Made by a program: the position numbers and the translations under genes
From: a virus
IMG/VR virus record: IMGVR_UViG_3300035698_012898
Coordinates: 14,716 to 78,715 of that record
Reading direction: 5' to 3' (one strand)
DNA length: 64,000 bases
Notes under the pieces: generated by a model
Databases searched by the model: none
Seen by the model: only the letters and a program-made list of their open reading frames with translations
What the model was told of the DNA's origin: nothing
In this document: positions 8,487 to 19,463 of the stretch, piece by piece
Layout of the letters: each line of letters starts with the position of its first letter
Position numbering within the stretch: position 1 is the first letter of the stretch

Positions 8487-10808
8487 TTATGCTCCCGTAT
8501 ACGACGACCAGCCGCTAACGCGCTTCCACTCTACGGCTACGTCTTGTGCATCCGAGTCATACCCGACGTACTCATAACGAGCACCCGTACTTGTTATCAC
8601 AGCAAGATCCCCTACACGATATTTCAACCCTTCCACGTAGGTTGCATGTGCGTCATCAATAAGGTCATGAAGTGCATCCAAAGAAGCCACTTGGAATATC
8701 CTGGGCATGTGTGTCAGCCTGGACCCGTCTGTCGTTTGCAGCTTGTCCAAGGCAGCGGAGCTTATAGCGTGTTCATGATCCAAAGAAGCGGCTGCCCTGG
8801 ACGTGCCTAAAGAAGACCGTCCAAACGTAGTCGCTCGTGTTCGTTGTTCACGTGCATTCAATTTGCCTGCTTGTACAGATGCCCGCATTTCGCCCATCAT
8901 TGCATTTCCAATACCAGGCATTAAGTACGGGGATGAATCAGATGAAGCCAGCCGACGTAAGACACGTGCATCATTCTTCTTGGCTAAACCAAACAAGTCT
9001 ACTTCGCCGCAAGTCAACGTAGCTACCACGTCATCCCCAAACGAAATACTAACCGCCAGAATTTTCATGTAATACGTGTCCCCTTTGCGAGCCCGCACTG
9101 CTACCAAAGATTCTCCTGGCCAGTAGTCTAAAGCAACGCGAGTAACCTTTACTTGCCACTGCCCTCCTGTGGATTGTGTCATGTCCATGACGTTCGTGGC
9201 AGCCCTGGACATATCTTTGTGACTACTAATCCCGTCCAGCACGAGCAATGGCCCCCTACGGCGTGGTCCGTTATTCACGTATCTACCAATAAGCCGTGGT
9301 TGCATCCTATCCCGTATAGTTGTCAGTACCTCGCCTACCCTTGTGTCCCCAAGAGCAGTACGATCCCGATATAACCAACCCAAGCCTGGATGGGCAGCTT
9401 CAATTTCTTGAACGTCAGCATATGAAGCAAAAAACGCTGTCGGGTCTACGCTAATCGGCGTCGTTTCAGATGTTGCTTCCCTACGACGTAACGGATGGTT
9501 CCACTGACTCATTGGGCCGTACCCAAGATTCCATCGAGCGCTTGCTTGCATTGCGGAAGTTTCACGATACATAAATTCCATGTCACGGTTTGCAGTAACC
9601 CTTGCTTTTGTCCGTTGCTCTGGTACTACTGTTACGTCTGTTGCGCCGTCTCTGGTAACTCCCCGTGTTGCATCTTCAAGAACATCCGAAACTATTTCTA
9701 CAGCACCATGCATCGTTTCTAAATCGTATTGCTGGCCAATACGGAACAGCTTAATCGTGTCAGTATCAAGTTGGCTTTGTGTACTTGTAGTCACCACGGC
9801 CGGTTTGAAAAAGACTTCACCTGCTGCGTCTACGCCAAACGTCACATCACCGACAAGAAGTGCAAGGGTTTCTAACACCTCGATTAACGTGGCATCCGTA
9901 TCATCTAAATTGAGAACATCCACATCCACACTGCCACCAGCCGTAATCTTAGCTGCGTCATAACCACCAGAATAATATGTGCTGACAAGATCCTTCACAA
10001 TATTTTGAATGTCCGTATCAGCAATAGATTGTTCCCTGGAAGTAGCCGTGGCCGTAAACGATTCCACGTACTCGTAGTCGGCTTCCCAATCGACTGTCCC
10101 GTCATCAACAAATTCAGGTACAGCAACATCCACGTAGTAATACTTTGTCGGACTTCCGCCAAGTCCCGTATCGTGGCCGCCACCAACACGCCTACCAGTA
10201 CCAGCATACATATCGGCATAGAATGCTTTGAACACTCTGTACCTGGTTGCATTAGCTTCATCATCCCACGTTAGACTTGCTGCCTTTGGTTCTAATGCCG
10301 GTGGGTCTGACCCGACAAGCGTCATCGTTGTAGTACATTTAGACCCGGCATCCGGTGTGCTGCCTGTCCATTTCCAACCAACCTCATCTCCGGCAAACAC
10401 GTAGTATTCATGAAGCCCTTTGCCAAGGTACCCGTCAGCAACTTGTGCTGCCGCTAAGTTGCTTGGAGCACTTATCTCCACATCGCCATACAACCCCATC
10501 GGATCAATCTCTGCCAGTTCGGTCTGCGCGTATCCTGTGCCGGAGATAGTCAGCCCTTGTGTTAAGGACGTTTGTAAGTTTGCAACAATGCCTTTCCACC
10601 ATACAGTAACCGCATCAAACTTAATCTCAATAACAGAGCCAAGGTTGATGCCAAGAAAATCGTCAAACTCTGCCGTTGAAATCTGCAAGGTGGCAGAACC
10701 ACAACCTACACCGCGTTCTCGCGTAAACGTACAAGAGTCCGCACGGCTAGTAAAGTCCACGCCGTCTATTTCAATGACTCTTGTGTACCCATATTCAGGC
10801 GCTGCCAT
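8487..10808 (-). CDS. Tail tip / hub protein
   Basis: Position after TMP and Dit-like genes; N-terminal IEIDGVD...FTRERGVGCGSATL...WWKGIV hub-like pattern. Confidence 0.6.
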   Translation of the reverse strand: MAAPEYGYTRVIEIDGVDFTSRADSCTFTRERGVGCGSATLQISTAEFDDFLGINLGSVIEIKFDAVTVWWKGIVANLQTSLTQGLTISGTGYAQTELAEIDPMGLYGDVEISAPSNLAAAQVADGYLGKGLHEYYVFAGDEVGWKWTGSTPDAGSKCTTTMTLVGSDPPALEPKAASLTWDDEANATRYRVFKAFYADMYAGTGRRVGGGHDTGLGGSPTKYYYVDVAVPEFVDDGTVDWEADYEYVESFTATATSREQSIADTDIQNIVKDLVSTYYSGGYDAAKITAGGSVDVDVLNLDDTDATLIEVLETLALLVGDVTFGVDAAGEVFFKPAVVTTSTQSQLDTDTIKLFRIGQQYDLETMHGAVEIVSDVLEDATRGVTRDGATDVTVVPEQRTKARVTANRDMEFMYRETSAMQASARWNLGYGPMSQWNHPLRRREATSETTPISVDPTAFFASYADVQEIEAAHPGLGWLYRDRTALGDTRVGEVLTTIRDRMQPRLIGRYVNNGPRRRGPLLVLDGISSHKDMSRAATNVMDMTQSTGGQWQVKVTRVALDYWPGESLVAVRARKGDTYYMKILAVSISFGDDVVATLTCGEVDLFGLAKKNDARVLRRLASSDSSPYLMPGIGNAMMGEMRASVQAGKLNAREQRTRATTFGRSSLGTSRAAASLDHEHAISSAALDKLQTTDGSRLTHMPRIFQVASLDALHDLIDDAHATYVEGLKYRVGDLAVITSTGARYEYVGYDSDAQDVAVEWKRVSGWSSYTGA

Positions 10809-11443
10809 TAGTAACTTCCCCGAACCATAGACCCAAATTGTGTCAACCCAACTTGCACGCCACCAACAGTTATAATCGTTCCATCTTGCTTTACCTTAAT
10901 TACGCAATCCCCAGACAAGTTAAGCACTTGCAAAATTGGAATCGAAGCTCCTGCCTCAGACCCAAGAGCAAATACAATCTGTGGGAACACCCCAAAGGTT
11001 AGTACCGTTGACCTATATGGAAAGTCGCCTATAGTTTCCGGCAATTCTTCCAGCGTGATCGATGGTGCACCAACAACCATCTTGTCTTCTAACAACAACA
11101 GGTCTCCGTCCGTGTTGATTGCAACTACTGCGTCACCATCTGCGTCCTCAAAGTAAGCACCGATTGCTGTTGCAGCCAACGGTGCCGAATAACCACCGAT
11201 CAATGTACCCGCCAGCATTATCCTGCCGTCAGACAAAAACTGTGCAACTGAATTGCCATCTAGCCCGCATACTACTAAGCCGCTTTCTCCTACATCGTCA
11301 GAGCACTTTAAATAGGTAGGCCCATGAATCGTGTACTTGTTTTGTGCACTGTTCCCAGCATAGTCAGTTACGGCTGCAACCTTTGCATATACAGTACCGA
11401 ACAGCAAGAGTTCCAGCTTTGGTAGTGTCGCTGCTTCTGCCAT
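10808..11443 (-). CDS. Hypothetical tail protein
   Basis: Coupled to the tail-tip gene; short beta repeats (VAQFLSDGRI, VVAINTDGDL, VIKVKQDGTI). Confidence 0.5.
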   Translation of the reverse strand: MAEAATLPKLELLLFGTVYAKVAAVTDYAGNSAQNKYTIHGPTYLKCSDDVGESGLVVCGLDGNSVAQFLSDGRIMLAGTLIGGYSAPLAATAIGAYFEDADGDAVVAINTDGDLLLLEDKMVVGAPSITLEELPETIGDFPYRSTVLTFGVFPQIVFALGSEAGASIPILQVLNLSGDCVIKVKQDGTIITVGGVQVGLTQFGSMVRGSY

Positions 11444-11468
11444 TGAATACCACTCTTACCCTTCAAGA

Positions 11469-11945
11469 CTACCTCTTATGCCAGACCACGCCGTCAGGAA
11501 CTAACAAGGTGAATGCATACGGCAAGTACAATACGGTCTGATTGGAATAATCAAAACTCAGGTCCGTACAGTAACAGTCTTTATAGAACACCGTACCTGC
11601 TGCTGCATTATATTCGCGGTTGCCAATCTTAACACCAGAGACAAACCGATAGAAGACAAATGGATCATTCGCCTCCATCAGGTGCTCGGTCATAATCTCA
11701 CTTTCAAGAATGATATTCGTAACCATCCCTAAGGACCTAGCTGCGTCTTGCGGATTACCAATAACGATTTGTCCTTGGAATGATACTATAAGTTCACCAC
11801 GTGTGCTCTCCGTTGCAAACACACCATCCTGAAGAGGCACAACCGTACTGCGTACACGCCGAGAATGTCGCACATTGATCTGCTGTAACGGCAACGGCAA
11901 GTCATACGTGGTTCCTCCGCGCTTTACCCTTGGCCGGTATCCCAT
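11469..11945 (-). CDS. Distal tail (Dit)-like protein
   Basis: Immediately after TMP, size and beta-rich pattern consistent. Confidence 0.5.
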   Translation of the reverse strand: MGYRPRVKRGGTTYDLPLPLQQINVRHSRRVRSTVVPLQDGVFATESTRGELIVSFQGQIVIGNPQDAARSLGMVTNIILESEIMTEHLMEANDPFVFYRFVSGVKIGNREYNAAAGTVFYKDCYCTDLSFDYSNQTVLYLPYAFTLLVPDGVVWHKR

Positions 11946-11950
11946 GGTTG

Positions 11951-14900
11951 TTACCTCTCCGTTCGCCAGTTCAGCTGTTCCAATTCACGAATCGCTTCCG
12001 CTGCTAACGTCCGTATCTGTGTATCGTTCCTTACCTCAGCTACGTTAAGATTTACTTCCTGGTAAATAGTAGTCGGCGAACCTGTTCCACCTCCCCCACC
12101 GATACCGCCACCTATAGGAGAAACAAGCCCTTGCGCTACAGCTTCCTCATGCGTGAGCGTTGTAGTGCCTTGCATAGCAGACAACACGGTTGACTGCCCT
12201 GGCTGCGGATTTAAGGCTGCCCTAAACGCAGACTCCCATACATCGCTTACAGCATCCCATGCCGCTTCGTGTTCTGCTTCTTGTCTTGCTGCCTGCGCCG
12301 CTGCCTCAGATACCCGTAATGCTTCTTGTTCCGGACTACCTAAAGCCGCGAGTTCTCGTGATTCAGATACCCATTCTCTATATGCTGTTGCCGCTTCCCT
12401 TGCTGCATCTATCGCTACTTGTTGTGCAGCTTCTTCCCCAGGACCACCCATAGCGGCTGCTTGTGCTTGTCTTGCTTCTGCCGCTAAAGCTGCAGTAGTA
12501 GTCATTTCTTCTTCAAGATCTGTTACACGTTTTTTTGCGTCTTCTCTTGATTCCCATGCGCCTCGTGCTGTATCTTCTAACTCTTCACGTTTTGCCCTAC
12601 TAGCAGCCGCCCTGCGTTGAGCGCGTTCTTGTTGTGCTCTCACTGACACATTTATATCTTCCACAGCGTCCGTAATTGTAGACACTGCATCCTGCGCAGT
12701 ATCGATCACTGTCTCGGAAGCTCGGATCTCCTCACGTACTAAGGCACCTTCAAGCTCCATTCTTTGTGTTGCCAAGTTCTCTCGTGATAAAGCAAGTTCA
12801 AGCTTAAGGCGTTCTAAGTCCCCTTCACTTTCCGCCATTGCCATCTCAAATTCAATTCTCTTGATCGTATCCAGGCTACGGTCTACTACCTGTTGGAGTC
12901 GAAGTACACCAGCCGCAGCTTCCTTTTGCGCTAAGTCTTCTTCAAGCGCAAGTATTATTTCCGCAATTTCGCCAGAAGCAATAGCCTGCGTAAGTTTAAG
13001 CTCCGCAGCTTCTAGTTCTTTTGCCGCAACCGCCTGAGCAAGACTAAGTATCAACTCAGACATTTCTTTTGCAGCGGCAGCTTCTTCTTTAGCCCTAACC
13101 TTTGCTTCTTCAAGAGCTGCTTCAGCCCTAGCTTCCGCAGCGGCTTTCATCTCTTCAGCAACACGTACATCCTCAGATATTTTAACCTGTTCAAGAACTA
13201 TCCGATCTGCCGCCATCAGAGACAACACTTTAGCCCGCTCAAGTTTAAGCAGCTCAAGTTCCTGTTCATCTGTTGTCATTGCAACTTCAAGGTCGATCCT
13301 CTCAAGCTGTATAGCTCCTAGAGCAATTACACGTTCAAGGGCAAGCTCTGTGGCTTCAACACGCCTCTCAGCAATGTCTTGCTCAAGAGCCTGTATCTTT
13401 TTCTCGGAAGCGCCAGCTACTATCGCCTGGTCAAGCCTAAGTTCCGCCGCCTCAATCGTCTCATTTAGCTTGGCTTGTTCAAGTTCAATTCGTCTTGCTG
13501 CAATCTCCGCTTCTGTAATCTCCTGTTCATGCTGAAGTCGTAATGCCTCTTCAGCAGCCTTAGCGATTTCTTCTGCCAGCTTTTTCGCAGCAGCTATCCT
13601 TTCCTCTTCAATCCGAAGTTCTTCGGCTATAAGTTCTTCACGAATCTTTTGCGCTTTCTCTGCAGCAGCAGCTACTTCTTCCGCCGCCTTTATCGCAGCT
13701 TCGGCAGCAGCAAGGTCACGTTGAATCTTAGCAGTGGCGATCTGCTCTTGTAAGATTGCCAAGTCCAGAAGAAGAAGTTCCTTCTCTTTTTCATCGGTTG
13801 ATAAGGCAATCTCCAGTTCAATACGCCTCTCCTGTAATTCCTTGGTTGCAATAGCGTGGTCATATTGTAGCTGGATTGCTTCTGCTTCTTTCGCCAACAC
13901 CACTAAAGTTAATTTATGAATGGTAGTAGCAGAAGCCTCCGCAGCAATAGCCTGCGCAAGTTTAAGCTGTGCTGCCTCTAGTTCTGTATCGACAGTAGCT
14001 TGGACCAACTCTATTTGCTTAGCAGCTAACGCAGACTCCTCAATCGCTTGGTCATACTTGGTTGTGTCTATAACCGTTGCCGTAGCCGCCGCAGCATCTT
14101 CGGCTGCAAGAGCAATAGCATCTAGAGCAGCAACGCCGTCTGCTTGAAGCTGGCCAAACTTACCGGATAGGTCTGGCGGCACTATCATCTTCATATTCTC
14201 ACCAGTGCCTTCAAGCGTTGCATTGATGCTATCCAACATCTGAAGCATGCCAAGCAGTGATGTTTCAGATAACCCTTCTGGCCCACTCATAATGCTTAGC
14301 GATTGCGTGCCTCCAATGCTCGTTTGCATTTCTGTTGAAAGTACGCCTCCGGCCGCATAGTATTCTTTAAGCATCTGAATTTGGCTAGCATACATCTTCT
14401 GGTACAACGCATACATAGTGTCGGCAAAGTCCACGTTGATCTTGGTCATGTAATCCACACCAGACTGTACCTCAGATACAAGTGCGGGTGAATGCGTTGC
14501 CCACGGGTTAATATACTGCATCGCATCGTAAATGCCTGAGAAGATACCAGTTACCGTAGCAGAGAATCCTTGCCACAGGCTAGCCATGTAGTTCGTGGCT
14601 GACGCAAGACTTGCACCCGCTTGTACATACATAGCATCCATGGTTGTAAAGTCAATGCCAAGCTGTTCAAGGACAGAAGCACTATGCTGTGCGCTGGGCA
14701 AGAAGTCTTTTAAAGCCTCGGCAGCCCGTGGTGTAATCTCTTCTACCTTGGCAGCACCAGCAGCAATAGTATCAACCATATCTTGTACGTCAGAAGCTAA
14801 CACCTCTGGATGTGTCTCTACCAGCCTTTCAAGCATGACAGGAAAGTCTTGTGTAAGATCGTCTACTGTTCTTCCGTGCGCTAAGAGGTTGCCGATGTTA

Positions 14901-17515
14901 GTGTCAAGTTGCATGCGCGCTTCTTGTGTCAAGTTCTTCCAGGAATCTACAAGATTCTGATTCCCTATAAGAATACTCGTACGCGCTTGCTCACCAACCT
15001 TGGCGTATTCTGCGTCTGCGGCAGCCATCATATCCATAGCGGTCAACTTCGCAAGGGCCACCTCTTCTTCAAGGTCCGCCTGCTTAGCCAGTTTCGCTAT
15101 CATGCTATCAATGACCTTCTCTTCAACCTCGCTAAGCTTTAGCTTTAGCCCATGTGCAAGGCGTCGGATAGCCATAAATGCTTCTTGTGTACCGCGCTCA
15201 ACTTCTCCCGTCTCTGCAATCTGCTTCTTTGCCAGTTCCGTTAGCTCAGTACGCTTGGCCATTAGTTCATCGTATTGATCACGAAGAGCATCCGCATACT
15301 TGTTCCAGGTAGCCAGCTCTGCTTGTAAATCTTCCTCCTGTCCTGAAAGATCTTCCTTACGTGCTTGTGCTCGGGCGTCAATGAATTCCTTTTCTGCGCC
15401 GTAACGAACACGGAATAACCGCTGTGCTTCGTCAGACAAAAATTCGTACGCTCTTATCTCTTCCTTCGTTGCACCGTTTATTGTTGCAAGTGCAGCTAAC
15501 CGCACGTCATTCTCAAGCATCTTAATGCTTTGCCACGCCATGCTGATTTGTTCACGTGTTGCCTGCTGGCCAAGCTCCGCAGCAAGTGCTTCTTTAATCT
15601 CTGCTAAATGCTGCTTACCAAGTTTCTTCCGGTTCTCGTTTTCAATCTTAACAAGTTCAGTATATTTTTCTTGTATATCTGTCAGCTTAGAAAGACTGGC
15701 GAACTGCTCATCAGTAATTTCATTCTCTTCTTTGAGCAACGCAATCCGCGCCGTCGTTGCTTCGTTAAGCGAAAGTTCTGTCCCTTCCAATTCATCGTAC
15801 GCATCACGATTTTCTTTTGCTTTCTTTATCAGGATACCAAGAAAACCAACGATAACGGCAAACGCGGCAACAGGTAGGGCACTCGCGCCAGCAATAGCAG
15901 CCATCCCTTTAAGCGCCAACGAAACAAAGCCGCTGAAAGCCACTGAGAGCATACCTGTTATTGAAAGTGCAGCACCGTTTGCTGCAAGCGTCATCCCAGT
16001 AAGTGCGATGGTGATACTATGCAAACCTTGGATTAGTACAGTAAAGGAAATTGCACCCATAGCTATAAAGGCCGCACTGATACCGCGGATACCAACAAGT
16101 ATAAGCGGAAACGCCTTTGGAATTAGAAGGAGGCTTGTATAGATTAGCTTAAGCGCAGCCGGAATATTTCCAAGAAATGTAAGGAACACAGGCCCAACTA
16201 TTACAAGGCTTGAAAGAAGGCCAAAGAACTGACCAAGGACAATATTTACCGAACCGAAAATAAGAAGGCTACCAGCCGCTGTGGCAATCCGATTAATTAA
16301 CTGCTCAAACTCTTCCGGATTCTTCTCAATCCAGGCAGACCACTCATCTAGCTTCTCACGTACCTTACCGATAGCTTCAACGATCTTAGGCATCAGTACT
16401 TCGCCAATTGGTATAAGTGCCGCAACAGCGGCGTTCTTAAACATTGTAATCTGCGACTGTAAAGTCTTATAGCGTTTCTCTGATTCTATAGTAAGTGCTA
16501 TGTTCTCCTCAACGCCCCTATTACCACGTGCTATACTTTCATCCATTGCATCTGCGGATAATGCCATGCGTCCAAACACATCAACCATTCGAGCACCCTT
16601 AAACCCAAGAGTCTCAATAGTTCCTGCCAAATCCCCACCACTTGTCCGGATTTTATTGAGCCCCTGAATAAAAGATGTTACCGTGGCAGCCGCGTCATCC
16701 TTGAAGGACTTCTTGAATTGATCACCAGCCATGCCCGCAATTTTGGCGTATGTTTTCAGGTTTTCCCCGCCTGAAATTACAGCGGTATTCATATCTGTAA
16801 TAAATCGAGAAGCAGCAGTACCTCCTAATTGCGCCTCTAACCCGACACTTGAAAGTGCCGTTGCTATTCCAAGAATATCCCCTTGTGTCATACCGGCAAT
16901 AGTACCTGTCGCAGCAATTCTCGTAGCCATCCGCAGAATATCATTCTCAGTTGTAGCCGCATTGTTACCGAGGTCAACAATAGCAGAACCAAGATTACGA
17001 ACGTACTTCTGATCCATCTGAGTAACGTTAATAAACTTAGCTATCATCAACGCGCCTTCTTCACCAGCAATATTAGTGGAGACGCTAAGGTCTGCAATAG
17101 CTCTGGTAAACTCAACTATACTTTCTTTCTGGATACCAAGCTGGCCTGCTATTTCTCCTATCTTGGCTAACTCATTTGCGGAGACAGGGATTTCTTTTGA
17201 AAGGTTAAGGATAGCTTTACGCATTGCCTGAAATTCAGGCTCGGTTGCTTCGACGGTCTTACGGATGCCTGCGAACGCATCCTCATAATCAATAGCCGCT
17301 TTTGTCCCCGCAACAAGTGGCGCAGCTAAAAGGCCCCCTATCTTCATAGCAGCAATGCCGACTTTTGTAAAGCTCTTGCCGACAGATGCTAACTTGTTGG
17401 AAAACTTATCCAACTGACCGGCCATCTTATCAAGGCCGCCCTTGAACTCCTTGTCATCCGCCATAAACCGTACAACAGCAGTTCCAAGTTCTTTTGCGCC
17501 TCCACCAAAAGCCAT
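11951..17515 (-). CDS. Tail tape measure protein (TP901-type core)
   Basis: YEDAFAGIRKTV, ELAKIGEIAGQLGI, LGSAIVDLGNNAATTE; central hydrophobic region; long helical C-terminus; likely start 17515. Confidence 0.95.
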   Translation of the reverse strand: MAFGGGAKELGTAVVRFMADDKEFKGGLDKMAGQLDKFSNKLASVGKSFTKVGIAAMKIGGLLAAPLVAGTKAAIDYEDAFAGIRKTVEATEPEFQAMRKAILNLSKEIPVSANELAKIGEIAGQLGIQKESIVEFTRAIADLSVSTNIAGEEGALMIAKFINVTQMDQKYVRNLGSAIVDLGNNAATTENDILRMATRIAATGTIAGMTQGDILGIATALSSVGLEAQLGGTAASRFITDMNTAVISGGENLKTYAKIAGMAGDQFKKSFKDDAAATVTSFIQGLNKIRTSGGDLAGTIETLGFKGARMVDVFGRMALSADAMDESIARGNRGVEENIALTIESEKRYKTLQSQITMFKNAAVAALIPIGEVLMPKIVEAIGKVREKLDEWSAWIEKNPEEFEQLINRIATAAGSLLIFGSVNIVLGQFFGLLSSLVIVGPVFLTFLGNIPAALKLIYTSLLLIPKAFPLILVGIRGISAAFIAMGAISFTVLIQGLHSITIALTGMTLAANGAALSITGMLSVAFSGFVSLALKGMAAIAGASALPVAAFAVIVGFLGILIKKAKENRDAYDELEGTELSLNEATTARIALLKEENEITDEQFASLSKLTDIQEKYTELVKIENENRKKLGKQHLAEIKEALAAELGQQATREQISMAWQSIKMLENDVRLAALATINGATKEEIRAYEFLSDEAQRLFRVRYGAEKEFIDARAQARKEDLSGQEEDLQAELATWNKYADALRDQYDELMAKRTELTELAKKQIAETGEVERGTQEAFMAIRRLAHGLKLKLSEVEEKVIDSMIAKLAKQADLEEEVALAKLTAMDMMAAADAEYAKVGEQARTSILIGNQNLVDSWKNLTQEARMQLDTNIGNLLAHGRTVDDLTQDFPVMLERLVETHPEVLASDVQDMVDTIAAGAAKVEEITPRAAEALKDFLPSAQHSASVLEQLGIDFTTMDAMYVQAGASLASATNYMASLWQGFSATVTGIFSGIYDAMQYINPWATHSPALVSEVQSGVDYMTKINVDFADTMYALYQKMYASQIQMLKEYYAAGGVLSTEMQTSIGGTQSLSIMSGPEGLSETSLLGMLQMLDSINATLEGTGENMKMIVPPDLSGKFGQLQADGVAALDAIALAAEDAAAATATVIDTTKYDQAIEESALAAKQIELVQATVDTELEAAQLKLAQAIAAEASATTIHKLTLVVLAKEAEAIQLQYDHAIATKELQERRIELEIALSTDEKEKELLLLDLAILQEQIATAKIQRDLAAAEAAIKAAEEVAAAAEKAQKIREELIAEELRIEEERIAAAKKLAEEIAKAAEEALRLQHEQEITEAEIAARRIELEQAKLNETIEAAELRLDQAIVAGASEKKIQALEQDIAERRVEATELALERVIALGAIQLERIDLEVAMTTDEQELELLKLERAKVLSLMAADRIVLEQVKISEDVRVAEEMKAAAEARAEAALEEAKVRAKEEAAAAKEMSELILSLAQAVAAKELEAAELKLTQAIASGEIAEIILALEEDLAQKEAAAGVLRLQQVVDRSLDTIKRIEFEMAMAESEGDLERLKLELALSRENLATQRMELEGALVREEIRASETVIDTAQDAVSTITDAVEDINVSVRAQQERAQRRAAASRAKREELEDTARGAWESREDAKKRVTDLEEEMTTTAALAAEARQAQAAAMGGPGEEAAQQVAIDAAREAATAYREWVSESRELAALGSPEQEALRVSEAAAQAARQEAEHEAAWDAVSDVWESAFRAALNPQPGQSTVLSAMQGTTTLTHEEAVAQGLVSPIGGGIGGGGGTGSPTTIYQEVNLNVAEVRNDTQIRTLAAEAIRELEQLNWRTER

Positions 17516-17543
17516 CGTTAACACCTCCGAACCCGTCTACGCC

Positions 17544-18014
17544 CTACTTCTTTTTACGGCGTATACCACTTGCTTCAAGACTAGCATCCGTCGCATCAAT
17601 CACGGGCACGCATGCACTGTCCATTACGTTGCCTATAACTGATCGCAAAACAATGTCATCGCGATCCTCGTCTACATTGGATCGCAAGGTTGCTATGTCT
17701 CCTAATACTTGGGCGACGCCTTCGCGGGTGAGGTGAGTGCCTCTCGCTACCTCAAGGATACGTCGTAGTCGGCGGACGTTACCCGCCGTCACGAACGCAT
17801 CAGCAGCCTCATTCGACACATACTGTACGTCAGACAACTGCAACGTCGGAAAAGCCTCTGTTAAGCCAAGGATATACTCGGCTGCTATGACTCGGGCGTT
17901 GCGCTGTTCAAAGGCTCTTCTTCTGTCGGCAATTCGTTGCTGATCGGCTTCGGAACGTCTGACTCGGATGTCTTCGAGGTTACGCTGTTGAGCATCTGGG
18001 ACAGGCCGAAAAAA
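17544..18014 (-). CDS. Tail assembly chaperone, -1 frameshift extension (gpT-like)
   Basis: The -1 frame is open from slippery T TTT TTC (18014-18008) into ORF 17544..17843: FRPVPDAQQRNLEDIRVRR...TEAFPTLQLSDVQY. Confidence 0.8.
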   Translation of the reverse strand, partial: FFRPVPDAQQRNLEDIRVRRSEADQQRIADRRRAFEQRNARVIAAEYILGLTEAFPTLQLSDVQYVSNEAADAFVTAGNVRRLRRILEVARGTHLTREGVAQVLGDIATLRSNVDEDRDDIVLRSVIGNVMDSACVPVIDATDASLEASGIRRKKK

Positions 18015-18490
18015 ACCCTATCCACCTGACTGCCCAGCACCGCTTTGTCCATACGACTGAACGCCTCTTCAATGACGGCAAATCCATCCTCTACCGCAAG
18101 ACAACGGATGACAGCAGCATTTGCTCCAACTATTACGTCTAACAGAACTCGTTCCAAAAAGTGCGGCGCTGTACCGATAATGCCAGAGAGTACTGGAAGG
18201 ACTACCCCAAGAAGGCGTGACGCACCTTCCGGGCTAGACAAGATACTCTTCCATCCAGCTTTCCCACGTGCCATGTCTGGAGACAAGGCTTTCAACTCAG
18301 TAACAATAACCCTACGCGCTTCGGCAATCTCTGCCTGGGCACTGGTTGCTACCTCTGCTAAAATATGCGTCACCGTGGTAAACGGTACGCGCCTGCACAC
18401 AAGAGCCATCCCGGCAACGGGACATTGTACCTCGTATGTGTTGCGTAGTAACTGCTCAAAGGCGTCATGATTGTCTTCGTTGTTCTTCAT
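17885..18490 (-). CDS. Tail assembly chaperone (gpG-like)
   Basis: Between tail tube and TMP; carries an in-frame slippery heptamer. Confidence 0.75.
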   Translation of the reverse strand: MKNNEDNHDAFEQLLRNTYEVQCPVAGMALVCRRVPFTTVTHILAEVATSAQAEIAEARRVIVTELKALSPDMARGKAGWKSILSSPEGASRLLGVVLPVLSGIIGTAPHFLERVLLDVIVGANAAVIRCLAVEDGFAVIEEAFSRMDKAVLGSQVDRVFFGLSQMLNSVTSKTSESDVPKPISNELPTEEEPLNSATPES

Positions 18491-18878
18491 CTTTATTCCT
18501 CATCTGTTGTTGTCTCGTGTGATCTCTTCGTCTTTGCTCTTTTCGTTCCCGAAGCTTCTCCTGATCTATTAGCGCACGAATCTGCCTACGCTGTACTTCA
18601 AAGGCAATCGGCTCTACTGTGCAAAGCCGATTCGTATACTTGGTAAACAGGTCCGAAAAATACTTGTCAGCAGGTCCACCATCCGCCCGTACAAGGCTAA
18701 AGGAAAACCGAATACCCATACCAGCCCCATCTGTCCGACGAAACGGCTTAATGTCGGCTATGCGAGCAACAGGCTTTCCGTCTTCACCGCGAACAGTCAG
18801 CATGTACGCTGTAAAGTCAAAATCGGTTGTGCTAAAGGCTTCATATAGCCTGTTGTCTGGTTGTAGGTTTTGTTTCAT
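18465..18878 (-). CDS. Hypothetical protein (resembles DUF5659 family)
   Basis: FSTTDFDFTAYML...FSF...Y....VEPIAF pattern recalled from that family. Confidence 0.4.
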   Translation of the reverse strand: MKQNLQPDNRLYEAFSTTDFDFTAYMLTVRGEDGKPVARIADIKPFRRTDGAGMGIRFSFSLVRADGGPADKYFSDLFTKYTNRLCTVEPIAFEVQRRQIRALIDQEKLRERKEQRRRDHTRQQQMRNKDEEQRRQS

Positions 18879-18941
18879 GTCGTTATCCTTTTGCCTTCGT
18901 TTGTAAAATAAAGTCTTTCATCCTCATACTACTTTCTCGCC

Positions 18942-19439
18942 TTACGCTGAATCCTCGTAATACCCAACCGCGTCGTCTTGATTCGAGTCCTTCAAAAGCT
19001 CGAATGTAACAGGCAGGAGTGACACCTCAGTCCGTGAACCAAGATTCGTTTCCAAACCCTCAGACACAACACAGCGATAGAAAATATACGTACGAGTAAC
19101 ATCAGCCGGACCTGGACCAGCAATAGTCAACGTGTGTTCCGTCGCAGGCGGTGACGCCGACCCGAACTCTAGATCGCCAGATCCTGCCGTATTAGCAGGT
19201 GGCTCTGCCATTGCCATAAGTAAGTTCGCCACAGATGCTTCAAGCATTGTAAACACAATGTAAAAGCGTTCCATGACAACACCTTTCTTGACAATCCCGG
19301 CAGCCTGGTCAGCCTCAACGTCTAGCATTGTTCGATCCTTGCGGAGCTGGACACCACCTTGGGTATACCCAACGTCGGTAGCTCCGTCTACGGTAACTGT
19401 ACAGGAACCGTGTAGAATGTTTTCTACTTCAACAGCCAT
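18942..19439 (-). CDS. Major tail tube protein
   Basis: DVGYTQGGV, MLEASVANLLMAM, LPVTFELL; position in tail operon. Confidence 0.85.
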   Translation of the reverse strand: MAVEVENILHGSCTVTVDGATDVGYTQGGVQLRKDRTMLDVEADQAAGIVKKGVVMERFYIVFTMLEASVANLLMAMAEPPANTAGSGDLEFGSASPPATEHTLTIAGPGPADVTRTYIFYRCVVSEGLETNLGSRTEVSLLPVTFELLKDSNQDDAVGYYEDSA

Positions 19440-19463
19440 TCTTCTCACCTCCTCTCACAACAA

